DNA from: Candidatus Scalinduaceae bacterium
GTDB taxonomy: Bacteria; Planctomycetota; Brocadiia; Brocadiales; Scalinduaceae
Length of the DNA stretch: 64,000 nt
NCBI GenBank assembly: GCA_046759445.1
Contig: JBHICG010000001.1
Coordinates: forward strand, 32,001-96,000
Direction: 5' to 3'
The translations under genes were made by a program, and so were the position numbers. Below the pieces are notes generated by a model, which did not search any database, had not been told where the DNA came from, and saw nothing but the letters and a program-made list of their open reading frames with translations. Position 1 is the stretch's first letter. Each line of letters opens with the position of its first letter. Below, piece by piece: positions 40,832 to 49,642 of this stretch.

Positions 40832-42532
40832 TCATGTTCTTTTCTTTAAATGATTACTTAATTGTGCGTATGTGCTACATATAGAATCTGCTAACTTCTC
40901 TGGGTCGTGTCTTATTAAATCCTGCTTTTCCCATAGTACTCTTCTTTGTTCAATATTCTCAATCAAGTCTGTGATAACAACCTTTACATTATCAATTTCC
41001 TCCAAATCTTTATCCAGAGTCACAATTTCGGCCCCTTCATTTTTATATTTTTCCATAATTTCCTTACGTGGGAAATTATTGTTAACAAGTGCATAATCTA
41101 AAACACCCTCACCAAGATAATTTACAATTGTCTTAATATGGTCAGATTCGGTGTAATTGTCTGTTTGTCCTGGTTGTGTAACAATATTACATAAGTATAT
41201 CTTTACTGCCTTTGTTTTCTTTAATGCTTCTTTTATACCACAAACAAGAAGGTTACTTACAATGCTTGTATAAAGGCTTCCTGGGCCGATTACAACGATA
41301 TCTGCCCTATTAATTTCGCTGATGACATCTGGAGGACATTCTACACTGTCTGACTTCAGAAAGGCCTTTTTTATTGGTGCCTTTCGTAATGCCCGTACAT
41401 TAAATTCCTCTTCTACAATAGAACCGTCCTCTAATTCAGCACAAATATGTGTACTTGAAAGTGTTGATGGCAAAACTTTTCCTTTAATTGCCAGTATTTT
41501 ACTCGCTTTCTTTATTGCTTGTTCAAAACTACCTGTTATATCTGTTAATGCCGTCATCAGTAAATTCCCGAGACTCATACCATCAAGAGAACCTTTATTA
41601 AACCTATATTGAAAGAGCTGGTATAAATCCTTTTCCTGTTCCTCTGTTTCTGATAGCGATATCAAACAGTTTCGTGCATCACCTGGTGGTAAAATTCCAT
41701 ATTGTTCCCTTATGATGCCTGAACTCCTGCCAGAATCAGTAACCGTTACAATTGCTGTCAGATTTTCACTATATGTTTTCAATCCTTCAAGTGCTATCGG
41801 GAGCCCAGTACCACCACCAATAGCTAAAATACTTAATCGGTCACGCGTCTTCCCAATATCTTTTAATTTAAGCACAGTTGGCAGTTGAAAGATTCGCTTT
41901 ATCTTGTAATCAGGCTTGTTTAAATCGTCGCCTGCTGTTTCTATTTTAAATCTTCCATGTAACATCTGAACGGTTACCATACCCATAGATTTTGCAATTC
42001 TGAGTTCTACTCTTACACGGTCTCCAACAGCAACAACATCTATTGGATTTAATTTGTATTTCTTTACAATTTCTTCGAAGCATTCCTTCATCAATAAGCC
42101 AACTTCCTGGTCGTTAATTATTATTTCATCAAAATAAGGCTCGAGTTCAAGTAATTCTACCTTCTTTCGTTGTCTTTCATAGATTCCTGTTGTTAGTAAA
42201 AATAACATATATTTTTCCTGAGCTAACTTTTTTAACGTTGATATGACATCTGGAAAAAGTTTTATATCTGACACTTCATTACTATTATATGCTTTTAAAA
42301 TATCATCAACAAACTTGTTATCTTTCCCAAATTTTTTAGCTATTTCTGTAAACACAAGATAATAAGGACCATGTTTTTCCGATAGCTCTTTCTGCATTAA
42401 ATATGACTCTTCCTCTGTACACGGCAGTCCTCCTTTAATCATCGCCTTTGCAGCGCGTCTCCTTGATGCTTCAAGTAGAGAACCTGTACAATCGTATAAC
42501 GTATCGTCAAGATCAAATATAATTGCTTTCAT
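40832..42532 (-). CDS. HAD hydrolase fused to YvcK/GlmR (CofD-like) domain
   Basis: N-terminal DLDDTLYD ... LLTTG ... VGDR; C-terminal GGGTGL, TVTDSGRSSG, PPGD.RNC, GPGSLYTS, RHDP.KLA. Confidence 0.88.
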   Translation of the reverse strand: MKAIIFDLDDTLYDCTGSLLEASRRRAAKAMIKGGLPCTEEESYLMQKELSEKHGPYYLVFTEIAKKFGKDNKFVDDILKAYNSNEVSDIKLFPDVISTLKKLAQEKYMLFLLTTGIYERQRKKVELLELEPYFDEIIINDQEVGLLMKECFEEIVKKYKLNPIDVVAVGDRVRVELRIAKSMGMVTVQMLHGRFKIETAGDDLNKPDYKIKRIFQLPTVLKLKDIGKTRDRLSILAIGGGTGLPIALEGLKTYSENLTAIVTVTDSGRSSGIIREQYGILPPGDARNCLISLSETEEQEKDLYQLFQYRFNKGSLDGMSLGNLLMTALTDITGSFEQAIKKASKILAIKGKVLPSTLSSTHICAELEDGSIVEEEFNVRALRKAPIKKAFLKSDSVECPPDVISEINRADIVVIGPGSLYTSIVSNLLVCGIKEALKKTKAVKIYLCNIVTQPGQTDNYTESDHIKTIVNYLGEGVLDYALVNNNFPRKEIMEKYKNEGAEIVTLDKDLEEIDNVKVVITDLIENIEQRRVLWEKQDLIRHDPEKLADSICSTYAQLSNHLKKRT

Positions 42533-42633
42533 AGTCTATATAGTAAAAAAACTACGAGGAAACATTGATAGAAATAAAAGAAATGTTATAGTAGTAAATA
42601 CTGTAAGAAAACCTTTCCCTAACGGAAGTTTGC

Positions 42634-43125
42634 TTACCTTACGTTTATTTTGTTAATTTCAGACGTAAAACTAACTTTACTGCCAACTCTGATTTCGTTT
42701 TTCCTGAACCAGTCCTCTTCCATCTCAAGAGCGTATCTTACTTTATCTTCTGATACGTGATTTGTTAAGCTATATGGAACCATAGACTCTATCTGTATAA
42801 TTTTTCCATTAGAATTTATAAAGGCGAGAGAAAGAGGAATTCTTGTATTTTTCATCCAAAAAGACAAATATTCTTCCTGTGGATAAATAAATAACATACC
42901 ATGATTCTTGTCTAGTTTTTCTCTAAACATTAAACCCAGCATACGTTCACTTTGTGTAGACGCAACTTCCACATGAATGATTTCGTTATTTATCTTTATT
43001 TCGTATAGGCTGCTGTTTGATATATTGGTATGTTTAGAGCAACCCCAGAGCACCGGAGTTAATACTACAAGAAAGAATATTTGGAAATAGTTACTTCTTA
43101 CGATGTCAAAGCAAGAACTCATCAT
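42634..43125 (-). CDS. DUF192-family lipoprotein
   Basis: Lipobox LWGC, EVA.T..ER..GLMFR, GMLF, FWMKNT.IPL, ALE. Confidence 0.88.
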   Translation of the reverse strand: MMSSCFDIVRSNYFQIFFLVVLTPVLWGCSKHTNISNSSLYEIKINNEIIHVEVASTQSERMLGLMFREKLDKNHGMLFIYPQEEYLSFWMKNTRIPLSLAFINSNGKIIQIESMVPYSLTNHVSEDKVRYALEMEEDWFRKNEIRVGSKVSFTSEINKINVR

Positions 43126-43132
43126 AAAGTAA

Positions 43133-44062
43133 TTATTTCACAGGGGAAATTGCAGAATTAGTGGGGCTTCTGAATTTGGCAACGGGATTTACTATAGCAA
43201 GTCCACGATAATATGTAACCAATCCACTAGCAATTTCTGCTATTATCTTATTAAAGGTCGTTCTTTTCCTTGCTCTTTCTAGTCTTACTTCTGGTCCCTT
43301 TTCATCAGTAATAGGTATCATTTTAACACTACCAAAATTCATCCTTAATATATTTATCATTCCATGGTCACCCTTCATTTGTCTAACTATTTCAGCAGAA
43401 GGTAATGCGGCAATGTAAGAAAGCGGGTATGTGTAATCTCTATAATCATCCTTTTGTATATACGCTTCGCTTTCAATTGCTAACGCATCGAAATATTCTC
43501 TTACCAGATTAAGGTTTGCTTCGTTAACATCTTCTTCTTTGATTTTTGCAACCCTCTGACTGTCAGTGCTAATTTTTCCCGTTATGATTGCCCTGGCAAC
43601 AGTTTTCTGGGACTGAAATGTATTTATTTCAATTTGCGTATATTCTGGACTTATTACTTGAAATGAATAAACATTTTTTGTTTTTTCATTGTATATAGAT
43701 GAATTTGTAAATTTAAAGTTGATATTAGCTATCTCTAATTCTGGTATTAATATTTCAAGAGGGAGAATTATTTTAGATACTGTCATTGCACCTGGAATGA
43801 CATCACCAACTCTATGTATTTCATTTTTATCCTTCGTTATTTCAACAAATCTTTCTCCAGAGGATTTTTGAATAACGTAATCATGATGCATTAAAAATTT
43901 ATCAAATACGTGTAATTTGTCTTGCCCATTTCCGCTTTCTTCGAATCTCAGACCTGGTGAACGTGTGTATGCTTTTACATCCCTAAAATATATTGAATCT
44001 TGCAGGAACTCTTCAAGCTTGCTTAATGGTATGCTAAAAACAGGGTGATGGATATTTTTCAT
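43133..44062 (-). CDS. Hypothetical protein, possibly divergent MaoC/hot-dog dehydratase
   Basis: FVEITKDKNEIH...IPGAMT resembles the hydratase-2 motif F-x2-[LI]-[ST]-G-D-x-N-P-[IL]-H. Confidence 0.45.
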   Translation of the reverse strand: MKNIHHPVFSIPLSKLEEFLQDSIYFRDVKAYTRSPGLRFEESGNGQDKLHVFDKFLMHHDYVIQKSSGERFVEITKDKNEIHRVGDVIPGAMTVSKIILPLEILIPELEIANINFKFTNSSIYNEKTKNVYSFQVISPEYTQIEINTFQSQKTVARAIITGKISTDSQRVAKIKEEDVNEANLNLVREYFDALAIESEAYIQKDDYRDYTYPLSYIAALPSAEIVRQMKGDHGMINILRMNFGSVKMIPITDEKGPEVRLERARKRTTFNKIIAEIASGLVTYYRGLAIVNPVAKFRSPTNSAISPVK

Positions 44063-44216
44063 AATCGTTTATTCAAAGGAAACTCTTATATGAGCCGTAA
44101 AGCATATATTATTTCTAGAAATCTACAAAAATTCTAGTAAAAAGAAAACATAAGTCAAGAAGATATTTAGTTTTTCATCATATTCTTGACTATGATTACA
44201 TAAGTGTTTATGTCCT

Positions 44217-45224
44217 TTATTTTTTTAACATTAGTTTCTTCGCCTTGTCAGTATTAATTTGAGGAACATCTAAAACCTCCTGCTTGAAATCCTGTTGAAC
44301 ACTTGATATTACTACTTTTGTATTAGGTAAAGATTTTGCCTTACTGCTTCTTGCCGTTAGCTGTGCAGCAATTTTTAACTTTTCGCCATCAATATCACCT
44401 CTTATAAGTGACAATGGACCAAGAATATCCTTTAAACGTAATAAATAATCTCCGTCTCTTGCTAAGTTTTGTAACGTAAGATTTTCATCCTCCTTTCGGC
44501 TAACAACAACTTTGGTTTTACCATCAATACGATAATGTCTTCCCACTTTTAACAAGTTGACATCGTTTTTATCATGATCTCCATGGTCAACTAAATCCTT
44601 CATTCTGTTGGCAAATTCAGGATCCGTCAGAAGACATCCTCCAGATGCGCATGGATAATCTTTCATTTGAAAAATATCCGCGAGTTGTATCTGGTCCTTT
44701 CGGGATCGACCTTTTATCTCCAGTAATTCATCTCTGTTGACCAAGCCTGTCTTTTCCGGAATTGTCGGTTCCAAGTGTTTTGCGCAGAGAGGCCTTAAGA
44801 CAAGTCCCGTTAAGCCTGCCTCTCTGTCAATTGTTTTCATAGCTTCTTTTCTTTGTGACATAGGGCGTTGGCCCAAGACCTCACCAGTTATAATGAAAGA
44901 TGCCCCAATTCCCCTCATATATTCACCGGCAGCTCTGAAGATGTTTATTCGGCAATCTATGCAGGGATTCATATTTTTGCCGTAACCATATTTTGGTTTT
45001 TTAACAATTTCCAGAAAACTATTAGTTGTATTTATAACCTTAATCGGTATCCCGAGTTTCTCAGAAACCTTCACGGCCTCTAGTTTACAATTACCTTTAG
45101 ACGTACAAAGACAGAAAACTGTGACAAAGTTTAAGGCAATAACATCTATCCCTTGCTTCTTTATTACATGTATTGCCAACGTACTATCCAACCCGCCAGA
45201 TAGCAATGCTAGTGCTTTTGTCAT
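44217..45224 (-). CDS. ThiI/MnmA-like PP-loop tRNA thiolase lacking a THUMP domain
   Basis: SGGLDS, NPCIDC, GEVLGQRPMSQ, LRPL, GGCLLTD. Confidence 0.8.
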   Translation of the reverse strand: MTKALALLSGGLDSTLAIHVIKKQGIDVIALNFVTVFCLCTSKGNCKLEAVKVSEKLGIPIKVINTTNSFLEIVKKPKYGYGKNMNPCIDCRINIFRAAGEYMRGIGASFIITGEVLGQRPMSQRKEAMKTIDREAGLTGLVLRPLCAKHLEPTIPEKTGLVNRDELLEIKGRSRKDQIQLADIFQMKDYPCASGGCLLTDPEFANRMKDLVDHGDHDKNDVNLLKVGRHYRIDGKTKVVVSRKEDENLTLQNLARDGDYLLRLKDILGPLSLIRGDIDGEKLKIAAQLTARSSKAKSLPNTKVVISSVQQDFKQEVLDVPQINTDKAKKLMLKK

Positions 45225-45415
45225 TATTGTTTGCTTTAAAATTATCGGTAAAATACAACAAAGATTTAATTTGAAATACTAATCATTAATTGCCCAGTTG
45301 GCATTCAGACTCTAATCCATAAAGATACCGTGCATTTGAACTTATAAAAACCTTGAGTTATATTAGGTAAAAAATACATGCTATCAAAAAAAAACTTTTT
45401 GTCAAATAAAAGGTT

Positions 45416-45444
45416 TTGACAGTTATATAGTACAGTGCTAAACT
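45416..45444 (+). promoter_or_regulatory. Sigma70 promoter (extended -10) for the MEMO1-like gene
   Basis: TTGACA-N17-TAAACT with TG at the extended -10 position; a divergent TTGACA/TAGCAT pair lies just upstream on the minus strand. Confidence 0.55.
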
Positions 45445-45481
45445 TGATTTGTATATTTCTTATTGATACACATTAATAGAA

Positions 45482-46285
45482 ATGATTAGGCCACCTGTTG
45501 TTTCTGGAAGTTTTTATCCTGGAAGTAAAAAAGATTTATTAGGAGCACTTAAGACACTTATAGATGATAAAATAGAAAAGCAAAAAGTCTTAGGCGCTAT
45601 TTCCCCCCATGCCGGCTATATGTATTCTGGAAAAGTAATGGGAAGTGTTTTTTCAAGAATTGAGATTCCCGACACAGTTATAATCTTGGCACCAAATCAT
45701 ACAGGCTATGGAAGTCCTTATTCTATTTGGCCAGAAGGATGTTGGGAAACACCACTTGGCGAAACGTTTATGGATCAAGAACTTATTACTAAAATTCTCA
45801 ATTCATGTGAACTGCTTGAGAAGGATGAAGAAGCTCATATTAGAGAACATTCAGTTGAGGTTTTATTGCCGTTTCTGCAATATATCAATCCACAAGTCAA
45901 AATTGTCGTAATCGTAATCAAATCAAGCAATTTTGATGATTTGAAAATAATTGGCAAATCTATCGGAGTGATTCTTAGAAAAATAAGGACTGATTCTCTC
46001 GTTATTGCCTCTTCTGATATGACGCACTATGAATCCCAGCAATCTGCAAACAAGAAAGATAAGTCTGCAATTGCGGAAATTATCGCTTTAAGAGAGGAAG
46101 AACTTTATAACGTCGTTCAAAAGTCAAACATTACTATGTGTGGTATTTGTCCAGTAATTTCAATGATTGTTTGCTCGAAAGAACGAGGTGCTAAAAAAGC
46201 TGAACTGACCAGGTATACGACTAGTGGAGACATCACTGGAGATTACGAGCAAGTAGTAGGATATGCTGGTATGATAGTCGAATAA
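45482..46285 (+). CDS. amrB: AmmeMemoRadiSam system protein B (MEMO1 family)
   Basis: R.P.VSGSFYP, PHAGYMYSG, PNH, EHSVEV.LPFLQ, SSDMTHY, TMCG, VGYAG. Confidence 0.88.
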   Translation: MIRPPVVSGSFYPGSKKDLLGALKTLIDDKIEKQKVLGAISPHAGYMYSGKVMGSVFSRIEIPDTVIILAPNHTGYGSPYSIWPEGCWETPLGETFMDQELITKILNSCELLEKDEEAHIREHSVEVLLPFLQYINPQVKIVVIVIKSSNFDDLKIIGKSIGVILRKIRTDSLVIASSDMTHYESQQSANKKDKSAIAEIIALREEELYNVVQKSNITMCGICPVISMIVCSKERGAKKAELTRYTTSGDITGDYEQVVGYAGMIVE

Positions 46286-46447
46286 TCTTGACTATTTACA
46301 TCTATCGAGTTATTAAAATAATAATTTTTTGAACATTACAGATTCCTTCATATCCCATTTTTTACTTCCCGTTTTCTATATAAATGGAATTTTCTCAAAC
46401 AAGATATAGGAGCAAAAGTCCAAAGAATTCTCATTCCAAAACCTTTC

Positions 46448-47140
46448 ATGCTTTGCAATCCTGAAATCTCTGTCATAATCCCTGCCTTGAATGAAGAAGA
46501 ATCCATCCATTTGGTACTCAATGATATACCAAAAGATTTAGTAAAAAAGGTTATTGTTGTAGACAATGGTAGCCGTGATAATACAGTAAATATAGCAAAA
46601 AAGTTAGGTGCAGAAGTAATATCAGAACCATTAAAAGGTTATGGTTCAGCGTGTCTGTGTGGAATAAATAAGCTTGACAGGAACACGGATATTGTAGTTT
46701 TTCTCGATGCTGACTATAGTGACTACCCTCAAGACATTTACATCCTTTTAAAACCGTTATTAACGGATAGAGCAGAGCTAGTAATTGGTTCACGATTATT
46801 AGGTAGAAGGGAAAAAGGGGCTTTATTACCACAAGCTCTTTTGGGTAATAAACTTGCTACATATTTACTCTGGCTATTTTTAGGGTTTAAGTATACAGAT
46901 TTGGGCCCGTTCAGGGCAATTAGATATAATGAATTAATAAAATTAAATATGAAAGATAAAAATTATGGATGGACTGTTGAAATGCAGATTAAGGCAATAA
47001 AAAAAGGGTTAAGGATTACAGAAGTACCTGTAAGGTATAGAAAGCGCATAGGAAAGTCAAAGATTACGGGCACCTTTTCAGGTACAATACTTGCCGGTTT
47101 TAAAATTATTTATACTATCCTAAAATATATAGTCTTATAG
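46448..47140 (+). CDS. GT2 glycosyltransferase (DPM1-like)
   Basis: VIIPALNEE, VDNGS.D, GYGSAC, DADYSD, DLGPFRAI, YGWTVEMQ, SKITGT. Confidence 0.88.
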   Translation: MLCNPEISVIIPALNEEESIHLVLNDIPKDLVKKVIVVDNGSRDNTVNIAKKLGAEVISEPLKGYGSACLCGINKLDRNTDIVVFLDADYSDYPQDIYILLKPLLTDRAELVIGSRLLGRREKGALLPQALLGNKLATYLLWLFLGFKYTDLGPFRAIRYNELIKLNMKDKNYGWTVEMQIKAIKKGLRITEVPVRYRKRIGKSKITGTFSGTILAGFKIIYTILKYIVL

Positions 47141-47148
47141 GAATAAAA

Positions 47149-47245
47149 GGCTCGTTCAGGGAACGAGCCCTACAATAAAAATGTTTTACGTTAGATTAAC
47201 ATGATGTGATGTTAAAATTGTAGGGTACGTTCCCCAAACGTACCG
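47149..47245. repeat. Inverted pair of GTAG-type REP hairpins (REPIN-like)
   Basis: Minus GTAGGGCTCGTTCCCTGAACGAGCC and plus GTAGGGTACGTTCCCCAAACGTACC, with compensatory stem changes. Confidence 0.7.
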
Positions 47246-47268
47246 TTTATGAATCTGTATATTTAACT

Positions 47269-47949
47269 ATGTCCACAATAGAAACCTCAATAATAATACC
47301 CACTCTTAATGAGGAAAAAGTCATAAAGAGATGCCTTGAAACCGTGGTGAATATCCCAGGTATTGAGGTGATTGTCTCCGATGGTGGGAGCAAAGACAAA
47401 ACTGTAGAAGTTACCAGATTATTCAAAGACATTAAACTAATCTTTTCTATGAGGGGACGCGGTATTCAAATGAATGCAGGAGCATCACATGCTCAGGGAA
47501 AAATACTCCTTTTCCTTCATGCAGATTGTATATTATCAAAAGAAGCTATCCTAAATGTTTTAACCACTTTGAAAAACAACTCAATAGCAGGTGGCGCTTT
47601 CAAGATAAAATTATTGTCTGATAAATTCCCTTACAGATTGATAGAAGCGGGAATAAACTTCCGCTCAAAGGTATTCAAATTACCTTATGGAGATCAGGGG
47701 TTGTTTGTTAAGAAGTCCATTTTTAAGGAACTAGGCGGTTTCAGAAGAATGGCGGTTTGCGAGGACGTGGATTTTATATGGCGCCTTAAAAAATTTGGGG
47801 AAATAACCATTCTTGATGAAGAGATTTGTTCCTCTGTTAGAAGATGGGAAAATAATGGAATCCTGCGGACATCTCTCAGAAATCAAACCTTGCTGGCTTC
47901 GTATATATTAAGACGAAAGAGCCTTAATCAGAAACATTCGCAAGAGTAG
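47269..47949 (+). CDS. TIGR04283-type GT2 (rSAM/selenodomain- or arsenosugar-associated)
   Basis: SIIIPTLNEE, DGGS.D.T, GRG.QMNAGA, LFLHAD, LPYGDQGLFV, S.RRW. Confidence 0.82.
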   Translation: MSTIETSIIIPTLNEEKVIKRCLETVVNIPGIEVIVSDGGSKDKTVEVTRLFKDIKLIFSMRGRGIQMNAGASHAQGKILLFLHADCILSKEAILNVLTTLKNNSIAGGAFKIKLLSDKFPYRLIEAGINFRSKVFKLPYGDQGLFVKKSIFKELGGFRRMAVCEDVDFIWRLKKFGEITILDEEICSSVRRWENNGILRTSLRNQTLLASYILRRKSLNQKHSQE

Positions 47950-48219
47950 TGATATAAAAAGCATCCTGTCTTTTTTTATATCTAAATATTTAATCTTAAA
48001 GTTCATACTATTTTTGCCCAATATTTTATTGAGCAAGTAGATCTTAGTTAAGAATGGAAGTGTTTTTCTTGAATAAAATATTATTTTTGCAATAAAAAGC
48101 AATCCTCGCGAAATATAAATTATATAACCTCTTTATTATACAGTAATAGAAAGTATATGTTAGTTGCCTTTATACCATTCCTACATGATTATTGATATGT
48201 TTTATGTTAGAAAGACGTT

Positions 48220-48840
48220 ATGACCAAATCAAATGAGAAGAAGAGGTTATTTATTGAACTCTTAGATCCTCACAAAGATACTTTATATAGAGTATGTAAG
48301 AAATTGATCATAAATGGTAATGATATTGAAGATGCTTTGCAAACAACAATCATAAGCGCATATAAATCTTTTGATAGATTTGAAGAGGGGTCTAACTTTA
48401 AGGCATGGATATTTAAGTTTTTAATAAATACATTGTTTAACTTCAACAAAAAATACTCAAGGTTAAGTGCTTTTGAAACGTATCACGAAGAGGTTCTAGA
48501 TACCGCTCAGACCTCTTGTACTGAACATAAAGATGTGAATCTATTTGAAATGTTGGAAAAGGAAAATATCTACCACGAAATCCTGAAGAATCCATTAAAA
48601 TTGTTTGAAAACATAGACGGGCCCATGAAAGAATCTTTACTTAGGCTAAAAACAGCAGAACGAACGGTTTTTCTTCTCAGGTCTTTAACAGACCTTTCAT
48701 ATAAAGAAATGTCAAATGTCCTTGAGATACCTATAGGCACCGTGATGAGTCATCTCTATAGGGCAAGGGCGAAATTACGGGAATCACTTTGTGATTACGC
48801 CAGAGAGATCGGTTTATTTCGCGATAAGGACGCTTTCTAA
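48220..48840 (+). CDS. ECF sigma factor 1 (SigH/SigR-like)
   Basis: EDALQ, FEEGSNFKAWIFK, LSYKEMS.VL.IPIGTVMS.LYRAR. Confidence 0.9.
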   Translation: MTKSNEKKRLFIELLDPHKDTLYRVCKKLIINGNDIEDALQTTIISAYKSFDRFEEGSNFKAWIFKFLINTLFNFNKKYSRLSAFETYHEEVLDTAQTSCTEHKDVNLFEMLEKENIYHEILKNPLKLFENIDGPMKESLLRLKTAERTVFLLRSLTDLSYKEMSNVLEIPIGTVMSHLYRARAKLRESLCDYAREIGLFRDKDAF

Positions 48841-49640
48841 TGAATTGTAAAGAAGCAAGACGCTATATCAATCTGTTTTTGGATTCGGAATTGGATTCAA
48901 AGACCAATCTTGAAATAACAGAACACCTTTCATCTTGCGAGGACTGCAGTAAAAGGTTTGCACAGGAGGAAAGGATTGAAAAATCATTTGTGTCAGTTTT
49001 AAAGGAAGATAAAGATCCCAAGGCAGAAGAAATATGGGAAAGGACTATCTCCAGTTTTGGCCACCAAGTAGAGTCACGAGGAGAAAGGCGCTTAGGTTCC
49101 TGGTTTTATATAAGGTATGTTGTTACTGCAACAGTGGCTATCCTTGCCATAATTATTACGCTAATTATGTATAGTAAGCAAGAAAGCAATGACCTGACAG
49201 CAGCAGTACATAAATGTCACATGGAATATATAACAAATAAGACAATCCCCTCAATAGAATCTGTATCTCCAGGCGAGGTAGCCAAATATTTTTCTGGTAA
49301 ATTTACGTTTCCCGTAGTTCTTTCTGAAATCCCGGATATTAAATCGCATCATATCAGGTTATTTGGGGGGAAGGTGTGTCATATTAATGGAATTTCGGCG
49401 GCATATGTTATGTACCACTGTTGTAATACACCAGTTTCCGTATTCATCTTGAGCACGAAAGATGCTGAAATCTTTTACGATACGAAACAATATCTCAAAG
49501 GAGATAAGGTTCTCTTTAAGAAAATAGATGGAATTAAACTTATAGTAACACCAGCAAATCAAGATACCTTTGTTTGTGTAGTAGCTGATCATGATATTGA
49601 ATTACTCAGATGGGTAGCTAATAATTTTATAAGAACATAA
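48840..49640 (+). CDS. Zinc-binding (ZAS, zf-HC2) transmembrane anti-sigma factor 1
   Basis: MNC...LDSEL...HLSSCEDC, one TM, periplasmic domain; translationally coupled to the sigma gene. Confidence 0.88.
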   Translation: MNCKEARRYINLFLDSELDSKTNLEITEHLSSCEDCSKRFAQEERIEKSFVSVLKEDKDPKAEEIWERTISSFGHQVESRGERRLGSWFYIRYVVTATVAILAIIITLIMYSKQESNDLTAAVHKCHMEYITNKTIPSIESVSPGEVAKYFSGKFTFPVVLSEIPDIKSHHIRLFGGKVCHINGISAAYVMYHCCNTPVSVFILSTKDAEIFYDTKQYLKGDKVLFKKIDGIKLIVTPANQDTFVCVVADHDIELLRWVANNFIRT

Positions 49641-49642
49641 AG

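Noticed and set aside
45482..46285. Complete AmmeMemoRadiSam system
   Set aside because: Only the B (MEMO1) component is present; AMMECR1 and radical SAM genes are not in the window.
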